Assembly: GCA_964016885.1 (NCBI GenBank)
Contig: OZ024747.1
Span: 28,644,001-28,708,000, forward strand
DNA length: 64,000 bases
Source of the DNA: Eledone cirrhosa
Lineage: Eukaryota
Reading direction: 5' to 3'
Each line of letters starts with the position of its first letter. Position 1 is the first letter of the stretch. The translations under genes were made by a program, and so were the position numbers. This document shows positions 11,336 through 24,829 of this stretch, piece after piece. The notes beneath the pieces are model-generated. The model was not told the DNA's origin and ran no database searches. It saw nothing but the letters and a program-made list of their open reading frames with translations.

Positions 11336-12069
11336 AGGTCCAATGGTTAATTTAATTCAGCCACCTAAGTATATAAATATCAAATAAATAATCAAAACAA
11401 CACAACCTGAACAGTCAAAGAGCCGATTGCTGACAGTCACCACCACAGATGGCAGCAAAAGTGTCCAGCTGCCATCTATCGCACCACCACTGCCTACTGA
11501 CCAACTATCTATTGGATGATATAATTCTACCTACCAGCTGCCATTGTCACCACTCCGATGGAACAAGTACTATTCCACCGATGGAACAAGTACTACTACT
11601 CACCGAAGCTGCCACTCAATGTGACAAAATAACAGACTGGTTTGAGTCTGATGTGTGCATGCAGAACCCAGTCATAACATGAATGCCAGCTATAAGGAAC
11701 AGTACTCTCAGATACCTTCAAGGTTCCCAACAAACCCTAACTCTAAATCTGAAATATTGGGTATAATATTGTTACAAGGTAACAAAATTTCTCGTTTTTT
11801 GTTCTTTCTTCTGTTCATCCTCACCTTTCTTATTCGACTTTGTTACCTCAATATTTACTATCCCATCTGCTTCTTCAACATACCCACCCACCTTATATAT
11901 ATATATATATGTGTGTGTACATGGCATTGTAACTGTATGTGTATATATGTCATTGTGGATGTATGTGTCAGTCTTCATTCCTTTCAGCCTTGTCCACTAC
12001 AGCACTTCTTTTGCTATAGTCATCAGACAAAGGAAAACTGCCTATCATTCCTGGCTCCCCCCAAAAAAA

Positions 12070-13960
12070 TACATTGATATCAACTGATAGCTGGATCCAC
12101 CCTACATGTGACAACAGCTGTTTGACTAAATTAGCATTGAATGGGCACTGGATGAGTGTATGCAGAATGATTTCATCCTTTGCTACACATCTCAGACAGG
12201 ATTGTCTGACAGCCCTTCCGTGCATGTAGAGTTTGTCTAAAAATGGCAGAGCTTTCTCAATTAGAACTGCCAGGCCAGGGATTTCTGGAATTGATCCATA
12301 GTCCCCTGTCTGAAGGTCCTCCAGAACAGACCACTCAATTCATTCTGGTTCCCTAGGGTTTTCTCAAGAATACCGTTGCTCATGCCCACCACTAGCTCTC
12401 TATAGAATACTAATGTTGAATTTCAACTAATCACATTGCCCAACTGTCAGAAGGCTGACAACATTCCAGAGGCTAGGTGCTAAGTCTCAGTCTTCATTTG
12501 ACCCCAAACTGCTGTTCAATTAAAGCCATGAGCTGCAGAAGATGCATCTGATAAAGGGCAACGCCACCTCTTCACCGCCTATAAAGGTTAACAAATGCTG
12601 TAACCTCTGTCAATCAATAGTCACAGCATGCCGAGTCCTCTGCACAAAAGGTGCTAGCAACAGATGGACTACCTGACCAGTGCTAGCAACAGATGGACTA
12701 CCTGACCATTCCACAAGAAGTAAAAGAGCAGATGTTCCCGTCTGATGAGCTGAGAACTGGGGTAAGAGACAACTGTTAGGCAGTAATATATGATGAGAGT
12801 GATGTATGCATTCACCACCCCTGCCTGACCTTCTCAGAGATAGCTTTCTCTTGACAAATTTCTGAGTGAGACTGATTACTCTGCTAATTACCTCCTCCCA
12901 ATCAATTCCTACCCACCAGACAAAACTAGACTCCAAGCAACTTAACCAGTCAGTCATGGTTCAAGTGAGATGCACTTCAACAGCTCCAGCTTCCACAATA
13001 TTAACTTAAGAGTCAGTACATACAGAAAGGAAGAGAAAGGTACTTTTGATGGATGGAGTGCTTAATCTGAAACAGTTCCAAGAGGTGGTTATTTATTATG
13101 ACCACCAAACAGATGCCATTGTGCATTGATGCAATCTAGTCTTTGAAGACAAGAACAAAACTGGCAGCCATGAGGACAGTCTTCATGTATCAATGATCAA
13201 CCCTATCGAAATATTTCCATTGACCCAAATTGACCAGAGTCTGCACCTTCCCAACCACACTATCAATGACAAATGCCAACCTCCCTGACCAAAATCTTAA
13301 AACTCTGTGTTGAGCAGAGTTATGGGCCAGAAATTTTCACGTCTTTCCTCATCATTGCTACTATTCCCCAGCTCACAGAAATGGGAATTTTCCCATTCTG
13401 CTACCAATTGCAGTAAACAGTTACCAGGACATCAGCAAACAAGTCTGGCATGTTTCATAAAGTTTGTAGGATAGACCATCCAAACTGGGCAATGTGCATC
13501 TCATAAAACCACTCAGCTACTGTTCTCAGCAATCTGTTTTCCCTCAATGGTCGTGGAAGACTGTTGAAGTAGTAACTATTGTCTCCATCCCCCACTCAAA
13601 CTAACAATTGTGCAAAATGATACTGGAAAGCCACACACATCTGCTTGGAATTAAGCAGCACACACTCATCCTGGTCCACCAAAGACCAAATTCTGGTTTT
13701 ATTTCCATGCTGTGTCTCTGCCACTCAGACCTATCAATAAGCATTTGTTCCCTCATGTCAAAGAGCACATGCCTTAGCTTTGACAATGCAAACTTTGTGT
13801 TTCACATTGCAAAACTGGTCTAGGGCCATTTTCCCAGCTAGCACATCAGTTATGATGCCACTCCTAGTTTAACCAACTCTCCCTCCACTCTGGTTTGTTA
13901 TCATATGTTGGTGGTTGTGTGAACTCTAGTTGACCTGTGGGCTGTTCCATTTAGCAGACA
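12070..13960 (-). mobile_element. Old L1/Tx1-type LINE ORF2 remnant
   Basis: CCHC knuckle CLRC...EIILHTLIQC near 12140-12200 and many broken frames; strongly CpG-depleted. Confidence 0.6.
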
Positions 13961-14527
13961 TCTCACTGTTTTACTGATGCCTTGGGAGGATATTCTCCTC
14001 CCAGATTTTGCCCCTAGGGGCCTAATTTTCAAGGATGCCTTTTTCACAGTGCAAAATTGGCCACCTTATAAACAAGGATATAACAAAAATTGCTATAATG
14101 AAAATGTAATAATAATTATAATAATAATGTACCTGAAATTGTGCTGTTATCAAACAAGACGTTAATCTATTTGGTAGAATAGTTCTGGGTATGGAACCAG
14201 GTAATACAGCTGTTTGTGTAGACATCCCACATGATCTAGAGTTCTGTAGAAATAATTAGATATATTATAACATTTATTTAAATTAATTAGACATTAAATC
14301 TAAACCCCATCAAATATGTTCCCAGTAGAGAAATGTTGCCTATGCCTTTCTTGTTCTGTTTTTTCCTATTAGAAACATCAGCCAAATTTCCCTCAAATCA
14401 CAAATATTACCGTCTTAATAAAAAGAAGGAAGAGGCTATATAGCCGGTAAGAGTGTCAGGCACCTGAATTAAGACAATTGTTAAGACAATTTGAAATCTT
14501 TTCCACCATCAATTGTTAAAAAATAAG

Positions 14528-14880
14528 TTATAATAATAATATAATAATGAAATTATTGTGTACAGTGCTCAGGTGCACTACAACTCATCAAATGTGCATG
14601 TATAGTACATAGAATAATTGTTTCTACTTTTTGACCCCGTAAGGATGAAAGGCAGTTAACCTTGGTGGGATTTGAACTCAGAACGTAAAGGGACGTAACT
14701 ATGCTAGAAAACATGGCGTATAGAATAATTGTTTCTATTTTAGGCACAAGGCCAGCAATCACCCAGTGCATTACTGGTACTTTATTTTATCGACCCCGTA
14801 AGGATGAAAGGCAAAGTCAACCTCGGCGGGATTTGAACTCAGATCGTATGTACAAATGTCAGGAAAATGAACAGTGTATG
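14528..14880 (-). mobile_element. CR1 3'-UTR remnant interrupted by two partial SINE copies (about 14618-14845)
   Basis: 14528-14617 matches the CR1 tail at 32570-32660 (gagttgtagtgcacctgagcact...caataatttcattattat), and the match resumes at ~14851 (acaaatgtcagg). Confidence 0.75.
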
Positions 14881-15984
14881 AGTCATGATATACACGTGTG
14901 CGTGTGTCATTTAGTCATCCATTTGTAACGTACTTTACGCTTTAGTTACATACACACACCTCTGCATGTAAATACATAAACAGATACAGACAACAGAAGG
15001 AAGGGGCTGGTGAAACACTATAGCGATGTGTGTTGCGTCCCTTTAAGGTTTACCGGCTATATATCCTATTGGTAAAAAAAACACGTTGAATAATGTAGTC
15101 CTAGGTATACCATGGAGCGAACTTAGCTCTCCTTGGAAGTAACTTAGCTTTCACATACAATGACATCCTATGAAAAATAGAATTTGTGATTTACAGAATT
15201 CACGCCTTTTCCAAGGTCATTAGTAAGTTCAACCAGTAGAAACTGATTCAATCAAAACCCGATTCATACATCTTATATGAGAGTTCTATGAATTCACCTG
15301 GGGTGAGGAGTGAAGAATCTAACCTTTCGGGGCATGACCCTTTAATTGATAGTGAAAATGAGTGATAGATAGAGAGAGATAGTATTGTTATCTTGGTTTC
15401 CCCCCCCCCCCTCTCTCTCTCTTCATAACTCTTAGATGAAAGGCAAAAGATGTCAGATTTGCTCTTTCCTCACAACATATGAACCTATTAAACCTTCCTA
15501 AGAACTGCTGCAGACACCAAACCTTCACCGGCTTTCTCGGACTCTCAAGCATCTTATAATAAGTTGTTATATATTTAAAAAAATAAAAAATAAAAACAAT
15601 AGTCATAGAAACGACATATGAATAATCAAAGTGGAATATCATAGACATACGTTACTGAACGATTCTGTTAGTGTATAGACGTAACCAAGCCTACGAGTGA
15701 GAAAGGGAAGAAGGCGATACCCTGACATGATCTTGTCAACTTCTGTTTCGACCTCAAAACAAGCACATGTTTCGGTCGCTTGACAACATTACAATAAAAA
15801 TACCTGGTGAAGGCCCCTTCTAACAACAAAAACCTAGAAGGATGCGTGTGTGTTAAAATATCGATGTTTCTGTTATACATGTGTGCGTTGATATTTCTGT
15901 TGGGTGTAATATATATATAATAAAGAAGAGAGACGGTTTTAAGTGTATATTTTTACACTTAAAACCTTCTGACGCTCCATTTGA

Positions 15985-16123
15985 TACATTACGGCCCTTG
16001 CCATTCTGAGTTCAAATCCCGCCGAGGTTAACTTTGCTTTCATCCTTACGGGGTCGATAAAATAAAATACCAGTAATGCACTGAGTAATTGCTGGCCTTG
16101 TGCCAAAAGTAGAAACAATTATT
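15985..16123 (+). mobile_element. tRNA-derived SINE, 5'-truncated
   Basis: gttcaaatcccgccgaggttaac...ggggtcgataaaataaaataccag...gtagaaacaattatt. Confidence 0.8.
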
Positions 16124-16249
16124 GATAATACTTTAAGAAACCGAAGTCGTGGAGTGCTTTACATGTTTACAACAACAGTCGGTCGATTAATTGATCAACC
16201 AATGTTTCTTTACTTGAATTTATATATATAAAATTCAAGTAAAGTTAGA

Positions 16250-17300
16250 TTGTCTCCAAAGCTTTGAAAAGGCAACAGCGGCCTTCCTTGTAGCATGTAA
16301 TTGACGAACCACCATTCGTCACTGGTACCGTATAATACTAGTTTATTGACATTAATACTCTTGTAGGATGTTATTCTTTCCTCAATTATTGCGGCGACGT
16401 GGTTCAGCTGTAACGTTTGTACCATGGTAAACGTGGTATTGAAAAAAAAACTAGGGCTTTAGGGCTTCCCTTCCCATGATCCCCTAAACATGTGCTGTCC
16501 CCTTCCCGTGGTTCTCCAAATACACATGCCCCTCTAAACACTTGTAGGGTTCCCTTCCCATTGTCCTTTAAACACATCGATTCCTCTTCTCCTGGCCCTC
16601 AAACCACATAAGAAGTGATTTTCCAAAGGCCCCCTAAACATGTGTTCCACTCAACATGGTCTTCTCAACATCTGCTTACTTTGTTTAATGGTTATTCCGG
16701 GTATCCTTTCTGTCTTGGAAACGGGAAGGTCATATTGAATAATATAATCCTAGGTATACTTCTTAAAAAGACGGAATATTCATTGTTGGGATGCCTTTGA
16801 TCATAGAGATGCTCCATCGGGAATGACCCAGAGTTAAACAATAATAACTTTAAATCTAAATAAAACTCCTCGGAATAGTTTTCGTCGTTGACATTTATTT
16901 GTTCGGATCCGTCTTAATCCCACAATTCCTTCAACTTCCTGTTTATAGGTAAATTGTTAAAAAAATATATATAAAATATATTTCCAGTAAGGTGTCCTTA
17001 TGTGTTTCATGTCTTTTAAAATATGGTTTGTATTTATATATTTCTTTCTAGCTAAATGGTGTGGATTGTTGTGTAGTTAACGTCCTTATTTGTGGACAGC
17101 GATGGCTGTAATTGTTGTGTGTTTGCTGGCTGTGCAACTATTTTCGACGGTTGCTGTGGTGTATATATGTATACACATAACAGAATAATATATACAACCC
17201 TTTGTGAACAAACGTCAACTTTTCCTGTTATTTACACGATATTTATAGCGATTCACACTAAACAAAAATTACTAGAAGAAATCTATAATTACATTAATGA
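16250..17300 (+). promoter_or_regulatory. Probable promoter / non-coding first exon region of the ZNF800-like gene
   Basis: CpG appears retained relative to the flanks; ETS-like ACTTCCTG near 16934; candidate splice donors at 16426 and 16949 upstream of the acceptor at 20540. Confidence 0.3.
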
Positions 17301-19436
17301 TAACAAATTATATTTTAACCGAGGACAATAGTTGAACATATTAAATGCTCATGTGAAGAACCGATTTCTTTGTATAGCAAATAGTTGTTGGAAAAGTTAC
17401 AACCAGCCTGGTTACTATGTAATTTTCACCCAAAACATCGACAAGAACTCTAATCGAATTTTGCAAAAGGTTAAAATTGTAATTTATTACAATTACTTTA
17501 TATTTAATTATTAATAATATATTATTTATTTATTTATTTTGCCGTTATCTGCAACAATAAGCTCTTCCGTAGTGGTTTCCTTTGTCTTTTCTTGTATATT
17601 TTCTGATACCTCTCGGTCAATTAACACAGCTACATCGATCAATATTAATTACGAGACATTTTATATATATATGTATATCTTATAAACTATTTCTCAATGT
17701 GTGTAAAACAGTATTTCTGATTCCGAACAGGTTTTTTCTCTCATTCTGTCTCTGAACACGCACACACACACACATATATATCGTAGGTAAATTGAAAAGA
17801 AGCCTTAACGTCCGTGTAAACAAACACCTCGGTACCAAGGAGACGTGGGTTCGACTCATCGATTTCTCATAATACTTTTTTATATTTTTCCATTTCGCTT
17901 TGTTAGAAATATGAACATACATTCGTAACTCCAAATAACCCATAATTATACACACACACACATATATATATTAACGAAAATCGCTGGTATAATACTATAT
18001 TGTATATTATACTATATTATATTACTTTATTTTATGGCTAAGTAATGAGCAAAAAGATTCGTCACTTAGCCATTATAAAGAATATTAAACTCTTCTTCGG
18101 TATTGAGTTCTCATTCTCGCGTGCGTCAGCATTGCGTATATATATATATACACACACGTGCGCGCGCGCGCTCATGGCTATATAGCATGTACTCAGTCCG
18201 GCACGTTTGTTTATTGTGTTCATATTTATTCGGACACTGAGTTGGCATTTCACTCCTGAAGGATCAATGAAATAAGTGCCAGTGTCGATCCAACCAACTG
18301 TAACTCCCATCCCTACAAATATATGGTATTGTGCCAAGGTTAAGAATTACTGGCGTCACTGATGTAGAAGAAATGGTTGTGTGAACTCCACCTTCCGCTC
18401 TAAGTTCAATTTCCTTGAGGCCGATTAAACCAATTACATCCCCGTCCCGAAGAAAATCACTGGTTTACTTTTTGCAGCAACACAGTGGAAACCGCTTATT
18501 ATAAACTGGGTGGACTAGGTGATTTTGTTGTGGAAGAGCAGGTGTGGAGCATGTCCAGCTTTCCATGCTTGGTAGGTGCTTTTGTCATGACAGAGAGCAG
18601 ATGTGGGGCAGGTCCAGCTTTTCATGCTTCTATGTATGGATTGGAGAGGTGTAACAGGGATGTGTGAGGTTGGGTTGGGAGGGGAGAGGAACTAGTATGC
18701 AAGGTGAGAGGGGGATACTTAGTTGGGGATGGAGATGAGTGAAAATTAAGTTTCGGGGAGGGGAAAATTAGTGTAGATCCGTGCCCTCTGCATAAGTTTT
18801 TCATCCTGTGCACTTGGATTACATTATATCCTTCTTTATTAAAGAAGGTAGGCTGTGATTTAAAAGAGATTTCGCTACTATTTCTAGCAAAATGACTGAT
18901 CACATAGAGACTTCTTCACTGGCTCATAAACACATTTGTTGTTGTTTAGCCCTATGCCAGCTCTGATCAATTATACCCAGTCAAAGGTGTTACAGCTATC
19001 CTCTCTTATTTTCAAAGAGAATACCTATGACTACATGTCTCCTTCCTTGATAAGGTGTCACTTGAGGAGATGTGGCTACTATTTCTAGCAGGTTAAGTAA
19101 TTATGTGTGTGAAGCGCCATCAGTTCTGGCAACGAGTGTTTAATGGAAGAGTCTGCTCATGAAATTAATGTGCAAGTAGCTGAATATTCCAGACAAGTAT
19201 ACCACAAAAGTAATTTTCAGGGAGATTCAACATGGTGACACTATGTGTCATAAGTATGACTCATTTTTGCCAGCTGAGTGTAATTACAGCAATGTATCAA
19301 ACTCACGATCATGAGTCCAGCACTCTAACTACTAAGCCATGCCTCTTCACACACACCTATATATATATATATATACAAACACACATATACATCCACACAC
19401 ACTGGCCCTCTGGTCATGTGTGTTTATCTATATATC

Positions 19437-19750
19437 ATCATCATCATCATCATTTTACGTCCGCTTTTCCCTGCTTGCAAAGATTGGATGGGTCCTATTC
19501 AGCACAGCATCTCTCCACTTGTCACGGTCCTTCGTCATCTCGGTGAGTTTCAGCGATCTGAGGTCTGCTCTCACCACCTCCGCCCATGTTTTTTGTGGTC
19601 TACCTCTACTGCGTCTTCCTTCTACTGGAATTTCTTGGCACTTCTTTACCCAGCGGTCATCCTCCATGCGCATCACATGTCCATACCACCTCAGCCTTCT
19701 CTCCTGCACACCACAACTTATCCCTCTGATACCCAGTTTCTTGTACATGT
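19437..19750 (-). mobile_element. RTE LINE 3' fragment
   Basis: ERRLRWYGHVMR...GRPQKTW and a (GAT)n tail at 19437-19453. Confidence 0.85.
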
Positions 19751-20274
19751 GTTTGTATGCATATATATAGACAAAGATTCATACACACATATATATATAT
19801 ATATAAATAAATACTGGCATGGATAGCTGAGTCAAGACACGTTGGATATATTTATATATATATAACCATATATTATATCACCCAGGTGATATAATATATT
19901 ACATGGGTGACAATAGCTGGGGACAGGTGAACCCCACTCTCCATCTATTGTTACTTACCCATGACACCAAACTTATCATCCTTCTTACCTCCCTCCCTGC
20001 TAAACACAGTTCACTTAGGACATGCCTCCTTCTCCTCCATAGAGTACAGAGAATTCTTCTGTTGAGTCAATGTGTGTGATTGTCTCTTTTCACATTCGAC
20101 ATTGCAGGCAGTGGTATTTACATTTTAAGCAGTTAGACATGTCAAGATTTGTATCAGGAAAAGCTTCCAGCCACATATGTCATGCCAAAAATGGAACATA
20201 ATAGAGGGAGGGGATCCTCCAATTCCTCTAGCAGGGCAGTATTGAAAGCAGGCATAAAACGATGATGATGATAC

Positions 20275-20440
20275 AATGGGCTTCTACACAGTTTCCACTA
20301 GCCATATTTCACCTCTGAGGCATTGGTCAGCCAAAGGCCATAATAGAAGACATTTGCTTCAAGGTGCCACACAATGGGATCAAACATAAGACCATGTAGT
20401 TACAATGTAGATTTCCTAACCATACGATCACATCTGCATC
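20275..20440 (-). mobile_element. SINE of a second family; similar copy on + at ~45870-46010
   Basis: cttctacacagtttcc...ggcattggtcag...tagaagacatttgc..aaggtgccac; reverse complement resembles 45870-46010. Confidence 0.55.
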
Positions 20441-20605
20441 TTGTCACATCTGCTGTTTTACAAATTTTTATTTATATTTCTCATTTTATTTTATACACTT
20501 TTATTTATATTTTTAACATTGCATTTTATATTTTTTTCAGGTTTATGATGAAAACAGACAATAAATTGTGAAGAATTTGTGTAGTTGTGTCCAATTGTTC
20601 GGTAC

Positions 20606-21217
20606 ATGATGGGTACCAAAGTACTTGACCAGATCTTAACAATGATGCTTCATGGCTCACCAGAAGAAAAACACTTCATTTATAATGATTCTGACATTAT
20701 TTTAGAATGTAAACTTTGCCGTAACTTATTCCGTGCCCTTACTGGTTTTATCTTACATCGGAAGAGTCTATGCATGAAACCCCTGGAAAAATCAGTCAGT
20801 GTCAATACCTATGATCAAAATATGAGGACAGAAACCTTCAAAAATGTTACATTTATCACAAATTCTTCATCTGTTGACGAGGACCCAGTACCTATACCAC
20901 AGCCGAAAACTCCATCATCTAACAATAACAACAACTGCAGCAGCAGCAGCAACAACAACAATAACAATAACAACAACAACAATAATAATAACCAGCAGAA
21001 GAATTTATCTGCTGCTGACCACTTTCAGTATCTTCAGAATTATGTTAGTCAGATTAATGAATCAATAGAAAGCAAGAGTAATTTGAAAGCCGTGTTAAAC
21101 CTCACTCAAGAAGGAATTGGGAATTCTCTAGATGTTACACAAAACTCACCTGAAGACCCTAAAACAGACTCTAACCCTACAGATAGAATCTTACTAACAG
21201 AAGCATCTAGTCCACAG
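20606..21217 (+). CDS. ZNF800: ZNF800-like C2H2 zinc-finger protein, coding exon 1 (exon begins at 20541)
   Basis: Acceptor ttttcag|20541, ATG at 20606, donor cag|gttggt in phase 0. DIILECKLCRNLFRALTGFILHRKSLC resembles the conserved ZNF800 N-terminal finger. Contains a poly-Asn/Ser tract. Confidence 0.75.
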
Positions 21218-21715
21218 GTTGGTAGCAGTTTTTATATCTTGTGTATGTTGTTATCTTGTGTGTATTTGATGTTGTGTATTGTGTATTTGTTGGGTATTTT
21301 GTGTTTGTTATTATTTAATTCTTAACATCTAGTAATGAGTTAGCAGAAAATATCTAAAAATGGTTTGTTAATTCAAATGCTTATAGTACCTTTAAAAGGG
21401 GACAGATTATGAAAATGTGCATTAAAGCAAAGACTTCAATTTTTAATGAAATGTAGTCATTCTTTATAAATATAATATTGCATATACAAGATTGTTAATT
21501 AATTCTTAATATCCTGTAATGATTTAGAAAATATCTAAAAGTGGTTTCTTAATTCAGTTGTTTATAATATCTTTGCTAGTTGATTTAATCGATACCCCCG
21601 CTGCCAAAAAAAAATTGTTGGCCTTGTGCCTAAATCAGAAACCATTATTTAATCACAGTTCAGCCCTGATACAGCAGACCTTGTCGGGTGACCTTGTCTC
21701 ACTCATATATGACTA

Positions 21716-21780
21716 TCTGGCAGGTTTTCTATGGATGGATTTCCTTCCTAACATCAACCACATTTACAGTGTGGACTGAG
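21716..21780 (-). mobile_element. Inverted RTE 3'-UTR fragment
   Basis: Reverse complement of ~22140-22205. Confidence 0.7.
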
Positions 21781-21791
21781 AACTTTATATG

Positions 21792-22308
21792 AGTAGGCAG
21801 ACCCAGAAAAACCTAGGACGATTTGATAAATTCTGACCTTACACACTTACACCTCTCTAAGACAATGTCACTGGACCGAGATCTTTGGCGCTACGCAGTA
21901 ATACAGAAGACCCGCCTTGCCTAAGTACGAAGCGAAACCTACATTCAGTAGGCACCTCTTAACCGAATATACACCCCCTCCCACTACCCCCAACTCCCCT
22001 CCCCACCCCCATCAACACCACCTCTTTCTCTGTAAAGTTATGTTGGTACCACAACATCCAGTCCTGTAGGTGTCACAACAAAAAAAACACACAGTCCACG
22101 CTGTAATGTGGCCGTGTAGGTAACATGGTAAAAACCTCCCAGTCCACATTGTAAACATGGTTGGTGTTAGGAAGGGCATCCAGCCGTAGAAAACCGGCCA
22201 AACAGTCCTATATGAGCGAGATGACCAATCTTGCCTCAAGTGGGACAATTCCCGTCTAAACCCATGCTAGCATGGAAGATAGACATTAAACGATGATGAT
22301 GATGATGA
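21792..22308 (+). mobile_element. RTE LINE 3' end (same family as 8694-11051), intronic
   Basis: gagtaggcagacccagaaaaacc...taaacgatgatgatgat. Confidence 0.9.
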
Positions 22309-22551
22309 TTATATGTGTGTGTGTGCACACACGTGTCTGAACTATAATTATCTAACTATGAGATGTATGTTATTATTTTCTGTAATTATGTCACTATAAT
22401 TCAGTATTTATGACCTGTTATATCTTACTATAGTTTACTGCTTATAGTTTGATGTATGTCATCATAGTTTAGAATATCATATATCACTATGACATCCTGC
22501 ATGTCAATAGATATATTTGGATGTATTCTAATGAAGAATTGTTTCTTGTAG

Positions 22552-23691
22552 GTATCTGCTACCGTTTCCAGTTTAAAAGATTCTACCCCAAAACCTCATC
22601 ACCCTTCATCACACTGTTGTACGATTGCTAAAGCCAGCAATGTCATACAACAAACCAATTGTTTTACTGTAACTTCTGAAACAGTGGTGGAACTGTCAAA
22701 TTCCAGAAACAGCAACCCTTGTTCCACACCACAACTAAAGTTACCGACTACCAAATCAAGTAGTGTGGACAACAATGATACCACTAATATGAATGGAGAC
22801 AGGGAGTCTATAGATATCAGCAAGCAAGCCAGCATGACACAGCATACTGAAAAATTCTCAAAACGTACATCAAAACCTTTAATAGTTCAAAGCAATAGCA
22901 CAGCCAACTCAAGTTGTATAACAAACAAACATGGTGAAGTTATGGAAGCATCAGAAAAAACAAGTTCGAAATCTTCACACATTGAAATTATTCTTCATGA
23001 TAATTCTCCTTCGATGAAAGATGTTATTGAAATTAATGAAGTGGATACTTTAGAAGAGAGAGTGTCCCAATCTTTATCTTTGGATAACCTGTGTTGTGTA
23101 CCACTGGACCATGGTGGAGGTGTTGATCAGTGTTGTGCTGCTGCTGACCAAAAGAAACAACAACCACCTCAACATTATATTTGTCCTCACTGTCCTAATA
23201 CTCTCATCTATGACTCCTATCCACTCTTCTGCCAGCATCTCGAGTCTGTACATGGAATACACGCGGATCCCATTGACAATTTAGGCCAAACGTTTGACTT
23301 GGCTAACCAAAGTTCCATGTCGTATATACCAGAACGTGCTAATCAGAAATATTCCGAGTGTATTGTCCTAGAATTAGCAGACTATCAGAATCTTCAGTGT
23401 CGGAAATGCAAACACAGCTTTACTCAGCGCTGTTCACTTCGGAGACACATTTTGGAAATCCATGGTGAAAAATTGGGTTATTACTCATGTCCCTTCTGCG
23501 TTAGCAAAGTCTGGTTTCGCTATTTTCGAACGTTTTTAGCTCATTTAAAAAATCTACACGGCTTCCAAAAGGACCAAATATATCGCATCCATCGCAATTT
23601 GCAAAAAAACAGTTGGGTAGAATTTGGGAGTGATCAGATACCTCCTGAAGGGAACAACACAACTCCTCAGACACCTCATCGTATCTCATAG
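22552..23691 (+). CDS. ZNF800: ZNF800-like zinc-finger protein, coding exon 2; spliced product about 583 aa
   Basis: Acceptor ttcttgtag|22552 is in frame with ORF 22684..23691 and with the phase-0 donor. Fingers CPHC..HLESVH, CRKC..HILEIH and CPFC..HLKNLH; stop TAG. Confidence 0.78.
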   Translation, partial: VSATVSSLKDSTPKPHHPSSHCCTIAKASNVIQQTNCFTVTSETVVELSNSRNSNPCSTPQLKLPTTKSSSVDNNDTTNMNGDRESIDISKQASMTQHTEKFSKRTSKPLIVQSNSTANSSCITNKHGEVMEASEKTSSKSSHIEIILHDNSPSMKDVIEINEVDTLEERVSQSLSLDNLCCVPLDHGGGVDQCCAAADQKKQQPPQHYICPHCPNTLIYDSYPLFCQHLESVHGIHADPIDNLGQTFDLANQSSMSYIPERANQKYSECIVLELADYQNLQCRKCKHSFTQRCSLRRHILEIHGEKLGYYSCPFCVSKVWFRYFRTFLAHLKNLHGFQKDQIYRIHRNLQKNSWVEFGSDQIPPEGNNTTPQTPHRIS

Positions 23692-23719
23692 TTCCCACAA
23701 AACACATTTTCATGTCATT

Positions 23720-24320
23720 TTACACTACATACTATACTATATACTACATACTATACACTACAATACTATGCACACACTACATACTAAAGTATGTTATAGA
23801 ATACAGGCAAGTATACACTACGTACTATACTACACATTACATACTACACTATGCTACATATACTATACTATATTATATACTATACTACACACTTCATACT
23901 ATACTACACACTACATACTATTCTACTCTAGATACTATACTAAACACTACAGAATGTACTATACCTTATTCTCTACTAAACACTACACACAGTATACCAT
24001 ACCATACTCATCATTACTTATTACACAATTCTACAAACTAGACATAATTTACAATGCCCTACACTATTCACTGTGTGCTAAACTAGATGCTATAAACTGT
24101 ACACTACACTACACTATCCACTACACATTATACCAGATACTACACTACACACTATACTACACACAACACTATACCTGACATTACAGCACACACCATACTT
24201 TACACTATACCTGACACTACACTAAACCAGACACTACACACCACACTATACCAGATACTACACTACATACATACCACACTATACCTGACACTACACCACA
24301 CACCACACTACACTACATAT
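23720..24320 (+). repeat. Degenerate pentamer repeat (ACACT/ATACT)n just downstream of the stop codon
   Basis: acactacatactatactat... runs. Confidence 0.85.
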
Positions 24321-24829
24321 TCAACATCAAACAACATTTCTATGACAGTTAGAGATACTTTGTATTTTCTGTTGCATTTTTCTATTAAATTCTTTCCATT
24401 TTTGCTTCTGTTAACTTTGCTCCATATGTGATGGACCATTCTGAACCCCTCACATTTATTGCTTATTACAAGTTTTACTTGGAAATATCCCATCACTATA
24501 GTTACAATTTTTAGTTTAAAACAACCCACACATATAGTTACAAGTTTCACTTTATAAGATGTTAAGACTATAATTAATTCCTTGCTAATTAACAACATTA
24601 CTGAATCTGAAAGTAGTACAATCTGTATTTTCTATTTATAATTTATCTTTTCTCATATTGTTTAATGTGGTCACATATTTCAATCTTGCTACAGTCATAG
24701 TGTTGTGCCTCTGAGCAAATATCTAACCTGTATAGAACTCTGCTTGTTTTAATCTGCCTAGCTGAGAAATAGATTTAAGTACCCCTCCCTACTTCATGGT
24801 TGAAGCGTGAGAATTCTGTCCCAGACCCC

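Noticed and set aside
15946-16243. Two small 13-bp-arm palindromes (~15946-15977 and ~16209-16243)
   Set aside because: AT-rich and short; expected by chance or local slippage, with no supporting context
21218-21325. Hydrophobic, transmembrane-like C-terminus of ORF 20585..21325
   Set aside because: Read-through into a TG-rich intron past the phase-0 donor at 21218
23624-24178. Tyr/His/Thr-rich ORFs after the zinc-finger gene
   Set aside because: Translation of a degenerate pentamer repeat
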